In this document: positions 1-12,943 of the stretch, in pieces | Position numbering within the stretch: position 1 is the stretch's first letter | Layout: every line of letters starts with the position of its first letter | NCBI GenBank assembly: GCA_043228905.1 | Contig: JBHGNT010000012.1 | Coordinates: forward strand, 10,478,001-10,542,000 | Reading direction: 5' to 3' | Origin: Azolla caroliniana | Taxonomy: Eukaryota; Plantae; Polypodiophyta | DNA: 64,000 nt | Made by a program: the position numbers and the translations under genes | Notes under the pieces: model-generated | The model's input: only the letters and a program-made list of their open reading frames with translations | Databases searched by the model: none | Told to the model about the DNA's origin: nothing

Positions 1-10
1 GATCAAAAAG

Positions 11-3000
11 GTTCTACAAGCCATGATACAAATGGGAGTGCTTGTTCCAACTGGAGATATGACTGCTGTCCGACGAACAGCACTATTCTTTTTGAATAGG
101 TACTTTTTTACATCCTTGATATATCTATCTCTTCATGTTTGATGGGATCAATACTATCTCTTGATGTCTGATGGAATACTGACCAATTATAGGCCTCTCT
201 CTCTATGCGTTGAAAAGAGAAATGATGAAATATATACATTGACCCAGAGAAGCTAACATAAGAACCGCTCGTTTGATCCTCTGCATTGAACAATGGCAAT
301 GTCTGTCCTCTGCGTTTTTTGCAATGTCTGATCCTCTGCATTTTCGGCCAAGTCTGATCCTCTGTGTTTTCTGCCAAGTAGGAATTCCTGGAATCTATAT
401 TGTCCCCTTTGCCATTTTGCATTTCATACCTTATACCTGCTGTCCTAAGACAGCATGGACTCTGAATGGACAGAAAATGATATGGATCTTAACACACACG
501 AAGAGGGTCCAGATCCATGGAAGACCCGAAGAAGATACCATAGACGAAAATGACGGGATGGAAGCACCCCGAATAGTGTTAGAAGGGCGCATAAGGCACC
601 CAGAATGCAAGTCCCGTTCGACATTCCATTTGATGTCGAAAATGGGAAACATGATCTATTATGCCATTTGATTGCGCAAGAGATCAATCTTAAAAGAGGA
701 TATAGAAAGAGCACTAAAAGAAGAAATGAAAAAGGAGATAGAAAAAACAGAAAACAGAGTTGTGTGCCTCTCTCAAGACTGAGTTATTAGAAGAGATGCG
801 GAAAGACATAACAAGCAATGTGAAGAAATCACACGTAGAGCTCAAGGATGACATGACACAATACCTTAAGGATGAAATATCCTCAAATATGGTTGAGTTA
901 GGAGCTATAAAAATGGATTTAGAAAAAGGATAAGAAGCAGTGGAAAAATGCATCTCTACATTGAAAGCCAATGTCATTAACGAAATGCAAACATGGGCAG
1001 ACATGGCCAAAGATGCCAAAGCTCAAGCTGAGCATGCCCAAAAAGAAATTAAAGCAAATGCTCCTTGGATAGAGGTAGTGAAAAAGCAAAAAGGAACATC
1101 AATGGATAGGATGGAAATGATGAATGCTACGTTAGAAGACGAAGCCAAGAGGAAAGCTTGTGCATTGCATGCACAAGTGGTTGGTTGGGCAAAAAAAGGA
1201 TGCCCACAAGAAGATGCCAAGAATCTCGGAACAAAGATTGGGGCATCAGATATTCCATTTGCTTCAACATGGAGGGTGGGAAGAGAGGAGTCTAGAGCTA
1301 AAACCCTTATTATCCGCTTCATAGATATTGACAAGAAAAAAGCTTTCCTCTAAAACGGAAAGGCACTCAAGGGTGAGAAAATATACTTAGATGACGATCT
1401 CACTGCAGCCCAAATGGCACACCGCAAAGAAAACATGCCACGAGTGCTTAATGCAATTGTTAATGCTTGCTGTGAGTTGCTATGGTTAATGCAATTGTTT
1501 TCTCACATTGGTGTTTTGCAAGACTCTCCTATTGCAGTTTTCACCGATAGCCAAAGTGCGAGCCTTGGCACATAGCTCAACATTTCATGGTAGAACAAAA
1601 CATATCGAAGTGCACTACCAAACAACCATTTCACCCACTTTCCCCAAATTTGTATAAATAGGCTATACCAAACTTATATTAATTTGACAACTATTCAATA
1701 TCAAGATGAGAGAGTCAGATCTTGCAACCTCCCACATCAACACCTTCAGCCGGGTGTTGTTTGAACTCTCCTTCCAAGGGATTAACTTAGAAGAAGAGAT
1801 TAAAGCCCTTGCCCTCCTATTGAGCTTGCCGGTGAGTTGGGAGGTATTTTGCACGACATTTGCCAATAGCCGACCAAATCTAAATCTAGAGGAAACAATC
1901 GGCAAAGTCCTCATTGAGAATATTTGGCGAAAATCGATGGGACTCACCATCGACGAGTTGGTAGAAGCGCACCACTCGACCGACTTGATTGACCGATTCA
2001 GTCGATCGAGAGAACAAGCTGATAGAACCGGTCGGAATACCAATCGGACAAGAACGAGGGGAGACCAACAACGGTCGAAGTCGAGAAATAGCTGACCAGG
2101 TGACTTCTGCACCCACGGCAGAAAGGTTGGTCACAATGTTTCCGACTGCTGGTCGATCAAGAGGAAAGAGAGTGGTCGGCGATCCGAGCGGAATTGAGGA
2201 TGATTCGACTCGAACCACTCTCCAATCGGCAACCAAGTCAATGTTGTAGACACCCGATCGGGAGAAATCCTCTCCTTAGAGGACTCAGTGATCGGGGAGG
2301 TCCTATACAGTGCACAAGATGCACACACGTGGTTATTGGACTCCGGTGCCACATTCCACGTGTGTAAAGAATCTAAGTCTAGTAGAGTTGAGTATTCAGA
2401 AGTGTAGTGTGTGTGTGAGAGAGAGTGTATAAGCAATCAAGCAAGAAAGAAAGATATATTAACGTCTTTTAAGAGGCCAAAATGGCCTATAAGACCAAAT
2501 AAGAGATTACATCTTAAGTGTTGTCTCGTCTTGAGAACAAATCAAAATGAAATAAATATTACACAGTAAATATAAAAGTAAATAACATGAAAAGAAAATT
2601 AATGAGGGAATCAGGTTTTTGGCATATGTGAGATCCTCAAATTAGGTATATTGTAGCTTTTGTCTTCGAAAGATATCTAGCATAGGTCGATCCAGAATGG
2701 AAATGTCTCCGAAGCGAGGGAAGCACCTACGATGGCGGGAGATAATGGCTGTTATCTGTCGATGACAAGGGTGTCGAGGTTGTGGTCCATGGGGCCGAGG
2801 CCTACGTGCACGGAAAATTGCCATTGCCCGATCAATTGTAACCCCTTTGTTATGTCCTGGTCTGAAGCCCATTTGTGTATCCCGTGGTTGACTTCTAGCA
2901 TTAGGAGTGATGGGGCTAAAGAAAGTTGTGATTGTTCTTTGTGGATGAGCTTGTGTGGCTGTATTCTTCACCAACTTTTCCCGAAGTCTCTTGAGCTCTA

Positions 3001-6000
3001 GCAAGAAAAGTCCTAGGGATCGTTGGTCCTCATATTCCATTACCTTGCGTAGTGAGCCAAAGCCTTGTTTAAAGAGGCAATGGTATCTCCCTTTGATTTC
3101 ATAAAAGACACTACAATGACAAACATAGTGTTCTTCAGATTCCACTCCTTGATGACACAATTGGCAAATTCTCTCTTCTAGAGGTAGTCGTGTATATCTG
3201 CCTACCTCAATTTGTAGTTGATGTGATGAAGTTCGCAGCTGCCCTATCACACTACGCAGCGCATAGGATAGATGTATGTCCATATAAGGTGGCCTGATGA
3301 CAAATCCATCCTCCGATGCATGTAAGAAGTGTGTCTTATAGTGGGCCATCTTTGTACCAAGTGGTATTTTGGGGCTGATCCATGTTATCTTGTTTTCCAA
3401 GTTAATAATATCAGTTCGGATCACTCTATTCTTTTCCACTTTGGTCATATTTAGATGGGGACAGTCCAAGCTATATTGGAACGGGGGTAGTGCATTTATA
3501 CTCATGCCATGTGACTCGAACCATTGCTGCATTTCAGCATACCAACAATGAGTGTTTCCATTTTCAGCCAGTTGTTTTGATGACATAAGTGCCAACCTTG
3601 GGTACCTTCGTTTAGGGAGCTCCCAAAGACATTGGATAAATGTCACTGATCGGAACAACGCCTCGGTTATTATAGGTGCTGCTCCCATCTCTGCTCGGAT
3701 TATATCGTGGGGTACCGATGCTTTGCTCCTTATCATGCGAACAATCATTGACACTAAAGGCCTCTCTAAATCTTTCCAATGATTTGCCTTTTTAAGACTC
3801 TGTCCCCATGTCTCTACTCCATAGAGAAGAGTTGGTGTGACAAGTGTATCAAATAACCATAGCTTAGTCCGTGGCTCTTGGAATTGCAAATGTGCACATT
3901 GTCTCTCGAGAGCACCAAGGGCTGCATATGCACAAGAAAGTCGGGCACAAGCGGCCTCCTGTAAGGAGAACCTAGGTCCTGTAAATGTTACTTCTAGGTA
4001 TTCCACCTTTTCCTCTCCCAAGAAGAATTCTGGTTCTGATCTTGTTACCCATGCTTGGGTGGTGTTAAACACCATCACTTTAGTTTTATTCATGTTGATT
4101 GACAAACCTTTGTCCGTACAAAATAGTTTTAAGGCATTTAGATGTCTTTGTAGTCCCTTCGGAGAGTCAGAAATCAGCACAATATCATCAGCATATAGTA
4201 ATATTTGTATAGCTATACCTGCTAGGTGTGCTCCGGAACCCCCAAATCTCTCTAGGTACTATGATACCTCATCTATATAGAGACTGAAAAGTGTGGGAGA
4301 TAGTGGGCATCCTTGCTTCACGCCAATTGTTCTAGCCACCGCCTCTGACAAGCCCTTAGAAGATCGCACTTTTCCTGACACAGATTCATAGAGTGCATAG
4401 ATTCCCCATTGCATATCTATAGGAACACCCAGGGCTTCTAGCCGTTGCATAAGCTGAGCACGTGGCACAATGTCCAAGGCTTTTCAGAAATCCACAAAGC
4501 AACAATAAATCCTCTAATTGTGGGATCTGCCCTCCTCAATAAGGGCCCGGAGGGTGAATATGTGATCCAAAGTTGTGAACCCCTTCCGAAAGCCTGCTTG
4601 TGCAATTGAATGGCAACCATTTTGCTCTCCCCATATACTCAATTCTGATTCTAGAATCGAGCCATATAGTTTAGCCAAGTAATGGCCAATCATGACTGTC
4701 CTATAGTTGCTTGGCATCATGGGGTCTCCACTCTTGAGGATTGGCACAATGGTATGTTGAGTCCATCTAGTAGGAAAACCTTCACACATTGCTCTATTAA
4801 AGATGTGTGCTAGCAATGGGAGCAAGGTGTCACGGGCATAGATAAAGTGCTCACCCACCAATTCATCATGATCTTGGGCCTTCCCAAATTGTAGCCGATC
4901 AATGGCATTTCTTACATTTTGTGGTGTAAAGAAGGTTGATTCATGTGGGCGTGAGGCATTCGGGTGGGGAAGAGAAGGTTGCCCCAGGATATCATATAGA
5001 ACCTTTGCATATTCGTGCCACACCTGAGGTGAGGTCAGTTGTGTGGTGGGTTTCCTCTCATTAAACATTTTCCATGCTCTTTTACTCTCTTGTCCTAGAA
5101 ACAAGCGATACAAATGATCTTCAAATTTAGCCAAATACAATCTCTTCTTTTTCCTCACGAGGCGTTGGAAGGTTGCTCTCGCTTGGTTGTTTGTATAAAT
5201 GCCCCGAGTTACATCACACTGCAAGCATCTCCTTGTATCACGACATTCCTCATCATACCAACTATTTTGTATTACTCTACCAAGTTTGGGGGGATTGGCC
5301 GTTGTGTGAGGGAAGGCATTTGTGGCTGCTTTATGCAATGATTTGGATAAACCTTGGGTAAGTTCTTCAAGGGGTGCGAAAGGATCCAAATCTAGCATGC
5401 CATTGTATACACCGCAACTATACACATCGATTGTCTCTCGAGTGAATAGATACTTAGCCAGCCCACTCTCCTTAGCATATACATCCTTTGCGCATCCATC
5501 CTTTACCTCAAAGTGTAGATATGCATGATCAGCTGCCAAGCCAATAGGTCTTCCCGATATAGTGAACACTTTTATTTCAGGTATAAGAGATGGAGATCCC
5601 ATTAGATAATCGACTGTGCTTGCACCCCCTTTTAGGTTCCAACATGTCAAAGCATCTGATCCAGGCCATTGTGACAAGCCATTATATATCACAAATCCAT
5701 GCGCGCTTCCCAAGGCTAGAAAGTGTTTTCCATATTCAGTTATAACACTCATATCTTGAGCTTGTCGCTTTAGACCAACCTCTTCCGCCATAACTTCTCC
5801 ATAAACAACCTCGTTGGTGTTAAACATAGTTGTTTGTTTATCCTTGGTTCGTGCATTAAAATCTCCTAATAGTATTATGTCCCCCATAGTAGCAAATCTT
5901 ATGATATCATCATATAGTGGTGGATATGGTGATTCACCTAAAGGTGCAAACCTTGAGTAAGCAGGTGGAAAGTAGCAAATTGCAATATATAACTCCCTAA

Positions 6001-9000
6001 GATCCCCTCTTTTTATTCGTATCCACATGTAGCGTGCATTTACATCCTTATGGACATCCACGGTGACGAGGGTGAAATGGGGTATAGATTGTGGGATCCC
6101 GAGAAAAGAAAAATAGTACGCAGCAATGATGTTATCTTCCGGGAAACTTGCATGCATAAACAACCCGAAAAGACTGAGGAAGTACGTAGGGTTGTATTCC
6201 GAGAAGGACAACAAGAAATGGTATAAAGGCATGTTGTCAAAGATGGAATCTCTTGAGAAAAATAACACTTGGGATTTGGTGCAGTTGCCTAAAGGGCAGA
6301 AAACACTTCCATGCTAATGGGTTTATAAAATGAAGGTCATTTCTGATTCTTTGCCAAAGCACAAAGCAAGATTGGTTGCAAAAGGATACAAGCAGGAATA
6401 TGGAGTTGATTTTGATGAGATCTTCTCGCCTGTAGTCAAGATGACTACATTAAGAATCATTTTGGGCTTAGTTGCAGCTGAAGATATGGAGCTCATACAG
6501 ATGGATGTGAAGACCGCCTTTTTACATGGCGATCTGCATGAAGACATATATGCAGCAGCCTGAAGGTTTTGTGGCTAAAGGCAAAGAGAAGATGGTTTGT
6601 AAGCTCAAAAGGAGTTTGTATGGGTTGAAACAAGCACCAAGAGAATGGTATCATAAATTTGATGCATTTATGCAGTCTCAAGGTTTTCATAGAAGTCAAG
6701 TGGACCACTGCTTGTACACCAAGAAGGCAGGAGATGGCAGCCTGATTATCTTGGTTTTGTATGTTGATGATATGTTGATTGCTGGCAAGGATATTCATGC
6801 CTTGGATTCATTGAAGCAAAGCCTTCATGGCAGCTTTGATATGAAGGATCTTGGTGATGCAAATCACATCCTTGGCATGCGAATACTCCGAAACCGATCG
6901 AAAGGGGTACTCTTTCTATCTCAGCAGGAGTATATCTCTAAGGTTTTGCAGCGTTTCAATATGGAGAGGGGGAAAACAATTGGGGTTCCATTGCCTCCAT
7001 ATTTGAACCTCAGTGCAGAAGACAGCCCTACATCTGATGCTGAGAAGGCTGAAATGGGTAAGGTTCCATATGCTTCTGCCGTTGGCAGTTTGATATATGC
7101 GATGGTTGCTACACGCCCTGATATTGCTTTTGTAGTGGGAGTGGTTAGTAGGTACATGGCAAATCTCGGCAAAAAGCATTGGGAAGCGGTGAAGGGTGTT
7201 ATGAAATACCTCAAAGGCACAAAGGACTTGTGTATTTGCTTTGGAAAACAAAAGGCATTTGTCGTTGGTTTTACGGATGTGGACTATGCTGGCCACGTGA
7301 ACTGCAGAAAGTCTACTTCTGGGTATGTGTTTACTTTCACAGGAGGAGCGGTCTCTTGGATCCCCAGACTACAAAAGTGTGTTGCATTGTCTACTACAGA
7401 GGCAGAGTATGTTGCTGCCACTGAGGCATGCAAAGAGACTTTATGGCTTTTATATCTAGTGAGAGATCTTGGCATTACAGAGTTACCTATTCTTCATTGT
7501 GACAGCTAGAGTGCTATCATGCTAGCTCGGAATCCCGTCTTTCATGCAAAGACGAAGCACATACAGGTGAAGTATCACTTCATCAAAGATGTACTTGACA
7601 GCAAGAACATTGAGCTTGTCAAAGTACATACAAATAATAATCCTGCAGATCTTCTCACGAAGGGTCTTCCAGTTGAGCGATTTGCTCATTGCCGACAGAT
7701 GATGGGAGTTGGATAGATGTATGTAGTTCAGCTTTGTACATACTTGGACTTAGCTGACTTTTTTTTTTTCCCTCTCATGGCACATTGCCTTTAGGTGGGA
7801 AGTTGGGAATAAAGGGCCATCATGCCTTTTATTAGTGCACGAGTGTGAACGCACTCGTAGCACATTTTGACTTGTATATACATACTATCTAAAAAACCAA
7901 AAAAGTGGTACACTCTTTGTACCCAAGACAGCGTGCATCTCTCTCTCTCTCCCTTTATCTCTCACTCAAACTCTCTCCCTCTCTATTTTTGATGGGATCC
8001 CGACCAGGACATAACAAAGGGGTTACAATTGATCGGGCAATAGCAATTTGTCGTGCACGTAGGCCCCGGCCCCATGGATCACGACCTGAGCACCTGTGTC
8101 ATTGAAAGATAAAGGCCACTCCTGCCATCGCAAGTGCTTCCCTCGCTTCGGAGACCTCTCCACTTTGGATCAACCTATGCTAGAGATCTTTCGGAGGCAA
8201 AAGTTGCAATATATCTAACTTAAAAATCTCACATGTGCAGAAAACCAAATTCCCTCGTCTTTTTAAAAAACAAATCTTACATACTCTTATATTTCCAGAG
8301 TAATACTTATTTTAATTTGATTTGTTGTTCTCAAAGACAAGACAACACTCAAGATGTAATCTCTTGTTTGGTCTTATAGGCCATTTTGGCCTCTTAGAAG
8401 ATGTTAATATATCTTTTTTTCTTTCTTTGTTCCTGAAGTTTTGAAGAACGCTTAGCTGCACAAAAAGCGGGGAGAGAAGCAACAGTGACTCCCTTAGGTT
8501 TCAAGAAACCAGTGTCAAAAGACATGGAAGTAGAAAATAAGATGCGCCTAGCAGCAATTGGTATGTCTGTGGTCACTTATTGTATGGACTGTTGATTTTT
8601 GTTGCCTTCTCTTTCTTCTTATTGCATCTATTTAAGTTATTTTTATGTTGTCTCTTGTTTTCTTTAATGTGAGGTTTCTTTTAGTTTATATGTTAACTTT
8701 TTAATCATTTACAAATGCCTGATAATTTGCACAGGAAATATAACTTTTTATGGGAAAAATGAAAATTCAATGATGTTCTAGGTTATCATTTTAAAAAAAA
8801 TGCTATGTAGGTGAGGACCTTCTATCGATCTCTGTGGACCAACCTTTTCGGTTTCCTGCAACATTCACATTTGTAGTACGTGCTTTCTCAGGTAAGCAAA
8901 ATTCTTGCATCTTGGATAATATTCCTATTCCTTGATTTTGAGTAGAACATGTGTCTTGATGTTTTATTTTAACAGCTCTGTTCCTGCTATTTGATTTTTT

Positions 9001-12000
9001 AGTATTAGATGGCATTGGTAAAGGTCTGGATCCGAGATTCGACATATCAGAAATTGCTAAACCGTAAGGAAAAACAACTAATCTGTAACGTTGTACACAT
9101 ACAACTTCCTTTGGTAGAAAAGTTTAATGTTTGTATTTGGTAGTGTTTTCACTTTTATATATATCCACTTTATTCAATTAATGATAAAACACATAAAGAA
9201 ATGGTTACCAAAGTAATGCTTATATATATCAAAAATTCTAAAAGCATGCTTGCTTATTTTCAAAATTACCTATGGTTTCCTTGATTGAAGTTGAGTCTCT
9301 CATAATCATATGAAATAATGTAGGGCACTCTATATTTTTAGTGTAGACTTAATCACCATAATAATGGCGTCTAAGGATAATGTAGCCACTAATTAGTCTA
9401 ATGAAAGCCACTAATTAGCCTAATCAAAGCCACTTATTAGCCAATTAAGCTTCTTATGTAATTAAGGCATGTTCACCGTCTAAATTAAGAGCAATCAGTC
9501 GTGAAAGTTTTGTAATTTATTATATTAATTACTGCAGTTCTTGTAATTAATCTCCACAAAATAACATAGTATTGTTTAAGAAATAATTGTGTTCAGTCAT
9601 ATTTTTCATGGTATTAGCATATATAGGTAATTTCTGGAAATGATCCTTTTGATTACACTGTAACCAATCAGTTGCTCACATACATGCACATAATTTTGTT
9701 AATTCCAGACCCTGGACTATTTTGTTCTTATCAATACCATTTAGATGTTTGTTATATTGACCATCACCGACATGTGTTTAGGTATGCACTGGAGATACTG
9801 AAATTCCGTAAAGTTGGTATGATGGTTCTCATTAAGGTAAAGGCGAAAAAGTTCCCACATTGATTCACATGTTTTCTCTGTTGGGCTGGGTAATAAGCTT
9901 TTCAACCAACATGCAGGACCTCAAGAAACGTTGGAATAAACAAGCTCAAGCATTTGTTAATCTATTTCGTCAAGCTGATCGAGTTGAAAAACTTTCACAA
10001 ATTCTTGAGCGGATTGTAAGTCTCTTTCAATGAGTTTTATTTCAGGTTCAAAGAAACATAAATTATCCTTGTGCTTTTGATGTATAATTTCATTTAATGA
10101 TGACATTTACGAAAGAAGATGCAAGAAAGAAAGAAAGAAAGAAACAAACTTGTGCTTCTCAGGAACAAGGTGATTTGAAGCTCCGAGTTCGTGCATTGGA
10201 ATCTGAGAGGGCATTTACACGAGTTGCAACAGTGCAGCAGACTGTAGGACAGGTAAAATATTACATTCTAAAGAGATGATATTGTGTATTATTTTTTTAG
10301 AAGTCTAAACATGGAACAATTACTTTGTCAAATCTGAAACTTGCAAGGAGTTATATTTGAGAAAGCAAAATAGTGTTAAAGACCGAATCTCTATTTATCC
10401 AGATAGACAGACAGACATTCAGACAGACAGATGAACATATATATCTATAAAAGTAACTGGATTTATTTGCTACCTCATGTATATTTGTAAGATTATAAGC
10501 TATAAAATTCAAGTTAAAAAGATAAAAACATAAAGTACATTATGGCTTTTCTGTTGGTATTTCTTTTTTCATCATGTCTCAAAATGTAGAGTGTTAAAAA
10601 GGTATGGAAAGTCTTTTTTATCACAGATAGCTGGGATATCGTATCACAATTCTTAGTATATGATAAAGCTTGACCACTTAAAAGGAAATCAATGCTCATT
10701 CTCGTTCAACTAAAAAAATCCTTGGAGTTTTTGAAATCTCCAACAAGTTTTTATTAAATTTTCCTGAATTTTGATTTCTGTTAAGTGGTTTGAGTTTTAA
10801 CCTATACAAAAGCGATACAATATTCTGACCACTTGTGAGATGACAAATATACATATGAAATACCGTATAAAATTTGCAGCATTTCTTATTAATTTACTGA
10901 ATTTTATATTATTTCTGTATTGGAAAATTCTGTAATGTTCATCATAAACGAAATGTGCATTTTGTGTATAAGGGTGTAATATTATGGTGATAATTTATCT
11001 AAGATTTGAAGATGAGCTCATTGTTGTTTTTTGCCTCACAATAACATGAAATAAATTAAAATGTAGGGTATTTTGGCGGGAACATTGTTGAACCTTGCAA
11101 CCATGCTACATTTGAATGGAGTGAAAGTAAGTATCTTTTACATGTTTTCATGATACATATTGAGTCATCATTATTATCATAGAACGAAATATTCGTGTTC
11201 GTGCAAGCATTCAAACATTTGAAAAGGGAAAAATGGGTGCTCCTTTTTTTTTGCTTTTTTTTCAAGTTTTGCCATTACAAATTCAGGTCATCCTAGTGGT
11301 AAGGAGACATGCTATTGCTGTCTATGTCTTGGGTTCGAGTTCCAAATTTCTCATCTCTCTCGTTAGTACCATAGCAAAATTTTATATTAGTTTTTTCATT
11401 TTTTGTTACTAGAAATAAACTTAACCTAGTGTAGGTTGTCATGCTACTATTGCTTGTGTCTTGAGTTCAATTCCCAACTTTCTCATATCCTCTTGTTAGT
11501 GTCATGGCAAAATTTTATTGTAGTGTCATGTTCCTTTTTTTTTCTTTTTTTTTTCTTTCTTTGTTATTAGAAATTAGCTCACCCTAGTGGTAAGTTGTTA
11601 TTCTACTATTGCCTATGTCATGTTTTCTTCATATTCTCGAATATATGTTTTATGAGTTTTTTATCGTTTCTTTTTTCTTCTTTTTTTGTTGTTATGCTAC
11701 TACTGCCTATGTCATGTTTTCTTCATAATCTCGAATGTACATTTTATGAGTTTTTGAACATTTGATTATAATTTATAATGACGTATTTAGATAATTGATT
11801 CAATCTCTATAGTTCATACTCCTTTTTTTGTAAAGTTCTAAAGTAGGGATGATAGAGATGTCTTGATTCTTAAGAAGCATCCCAAAAGTATGCATGTGAT
11901 ACAATGAAAATATTGCAACCATACTTACGTTGGTGGTTCACAATGGATTAGAGTTCACTTATTGGGATTGAGAGTGAATCAATATATAATAACAACCATA

Positions 12001-12453
12001 GTTAATCCAATCCAACTTTGAGATGATTTACCATACACGTTTGATTGAATCATTCTCGAATGTGAATGCACGTATGATACGACGTATGGTTCATTCTATG
12101 ATTATTATTATGGACAAGGGTCTTCTAATCATTAGTCTTCATATTTAAAATTTGAAAAAAATGGTGTACCATTGATTTATGTTCATTTTGAATAATATGA
12201 GAATGATATCTAAAATTTTAAAACCTAGTGATAGAATTTTCTAATGTTGGAACTTGGGAAGCAAAACATTATAAATTGCTTGGGATTTAAAGCTTAAAAA
12301 ATATTTCCAACTTTTTGTTTTTTGTTTTCTCTATAGGTATTGGCGTTGGTAGCATTTCTGTGCAGTGCAATATTTGGATTGCAAGTCTTGATAGGTCTTC
12401 TAAAAGTGAGGAAGCTAGATAGACAGGAGCAGCTTATCAGTGGAACAGCCTAG
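11..12453 (+). CDS. ABC1K8: 3' part of ABC1/UbiB atypical protein kinase, ABC1K8/OSA1-like (5' exons lie upstream of the window)
   Basis: GT-AG exons 11-99, 8439-8560, 8811-8891, 9003-9063, 9782-9836, 9917-10015, 10163-10252, 11067-11126 and 12337-12453 splice in frame. Product: VLQAMIQMGVLVPTGDMTAVRRTALFFLNSFEERLAAQ...RLAAIGEDLLSISVDQPFRFPATFTFVVRAFSVLDGIGKGLDPRFDISEIAKPYALE...QGDLKLRVRALESERAF...EQLISGTA*. This matches the ABC1K8/OSA1 C-terminus as I recall it. Confidence 0.92.
700..1455 (+). mobile_element. Degenerate LINE ORF1 fragment (coiled-coil plus RRM-like region)
   Basis: Reads ...EAKRKACALHAQVVGW...WRVGREESRAKTLIIRFIDIDKKKAFL*KRKALKGEKIYLDDDLTAAQMAHRKE. This is the RVG..IIRF..LKG..IYLDDDLT pattern of non-LTR ORF1p, with an internal stop. 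Confidence 0.65.
1465..1620 (+). mobile_element. Ty1/Copia RNase H fragment
   Basis: Translates to IAVFTDSQSA...TFHGRTKHIEVHY. Confidence 0.7.
1640..2362 (+). mobile_element. Ty1/Copia gag (UBN2 plus zinc knuckle) and protease fragment
   Basis: LFNIKMRESD...KALALLLSLPVSWEVF; degenerate knuckle ending GHNVSDCW; protease WLLDSGATFHV near 2330-2362. Confidence 0.8.
2441..6061 (-). mobile_element. 5'-truncated LINE (RTE-X/L2-like) ORF2: APE endonuclease, RT, C-terminal CCHC, 3' UTR and (TTTC)n tail
   Basis: APE motifs IILLGDFNART and STVDY...DH; RT motifs QAGFRKG, GVKQGCPLSPTLF and LYADD (~4183-4197); CQLC...EEHYVCHC; stop at 2642; tail reads AATATATCTTTCTTTCTT on the minus strand; frameshifted. 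Confidence 0.9.
6062..7802 (+). mobile_element. Ty1/Copia post-integrase region, RT and RNase H, with putative PPT
   Basis: GYRLWDPEKRKIVRSNDVIF; KARLVAKGY; QMDVKTAFLHG; LYVDDML; ALSTTEAEY; FHAKTKHI; stop at 7716; purine tract AGGTGGGAAG near 7793-7802. Confidence 0.9.
7991..8428 (+). mobile_element. Short 3'-end copy of the same LINE family, abutting an ABC1K8 splice acceptor
   Basis: Reverse-complement match to ~2441-2875 (RPGHNKGVTIDRA...; GTCTTATAGGCCATTTTGGCCTCTT; GTTAATATATCTTT tail). Confidence 0.9.
11283..11760 (+). repeat. Degenerate tandem array (~135-155 bp unit, 3-4 copies) with tRNA/SINE-like A and B boxes, in an intron
   Basis: Units start CCTAGTG(G)TA near 11292, 11425 and 11583. 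Unit 1 has GGGTTCGAGTTCC and unit 2 GAGTTCAATTCCC; each ends in T-rich runs. Confidence 0.55.
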
Positions 12454-12943
12454 TTCTCACAAGGCTTCTCCCCATCTTGCATTGGTTTATCAATTTTCGT
12501 TGCACTGTAAGGCATGTTTAGTGCCCGGTTTTGTATAACAAAAGCCACACGTAAAAAAGAGAGTAATGAGTCGAATAAAAATAGTGTGTTTTCTGGTCTG
12601 TTGAGCATTGTGAGATGTGTCTTTTGCTATTTCAGTAAGGTAAAAGTGCCAAATATATAACAACTCTATTGAAACATTGTTGGATCTCCACTATCTGCAT
12701 GAATAAATGGAACCACATTGATGACCTTATGCATGAACCTATGAGTTGGATGGATACTTGTTCAATGAAACAACAAACATTAAGATTGGGCTGGCTAACA
12801 TCAATCAAGGCTTGAACTTGGAACTTGAAATCCTAGCGAGGTAAGTTAGTGTAATCACCAAATTTGCGATTTGATGTCTTCTGCAAGTATTGGGCAATCG
12901 CAACTTGGTATTGATAGGCCGGTAAGGGCTTGCACCATGCCCT

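Noticed and set aside
4514-6268. 584-aa ORF as an intact protein with a hydrophobic N-terminus
   Set aside because: The first ~68 codons are antisense Copia sequence. The LINE endonuclease starts near 6061, so the ORF is a junction chimera.
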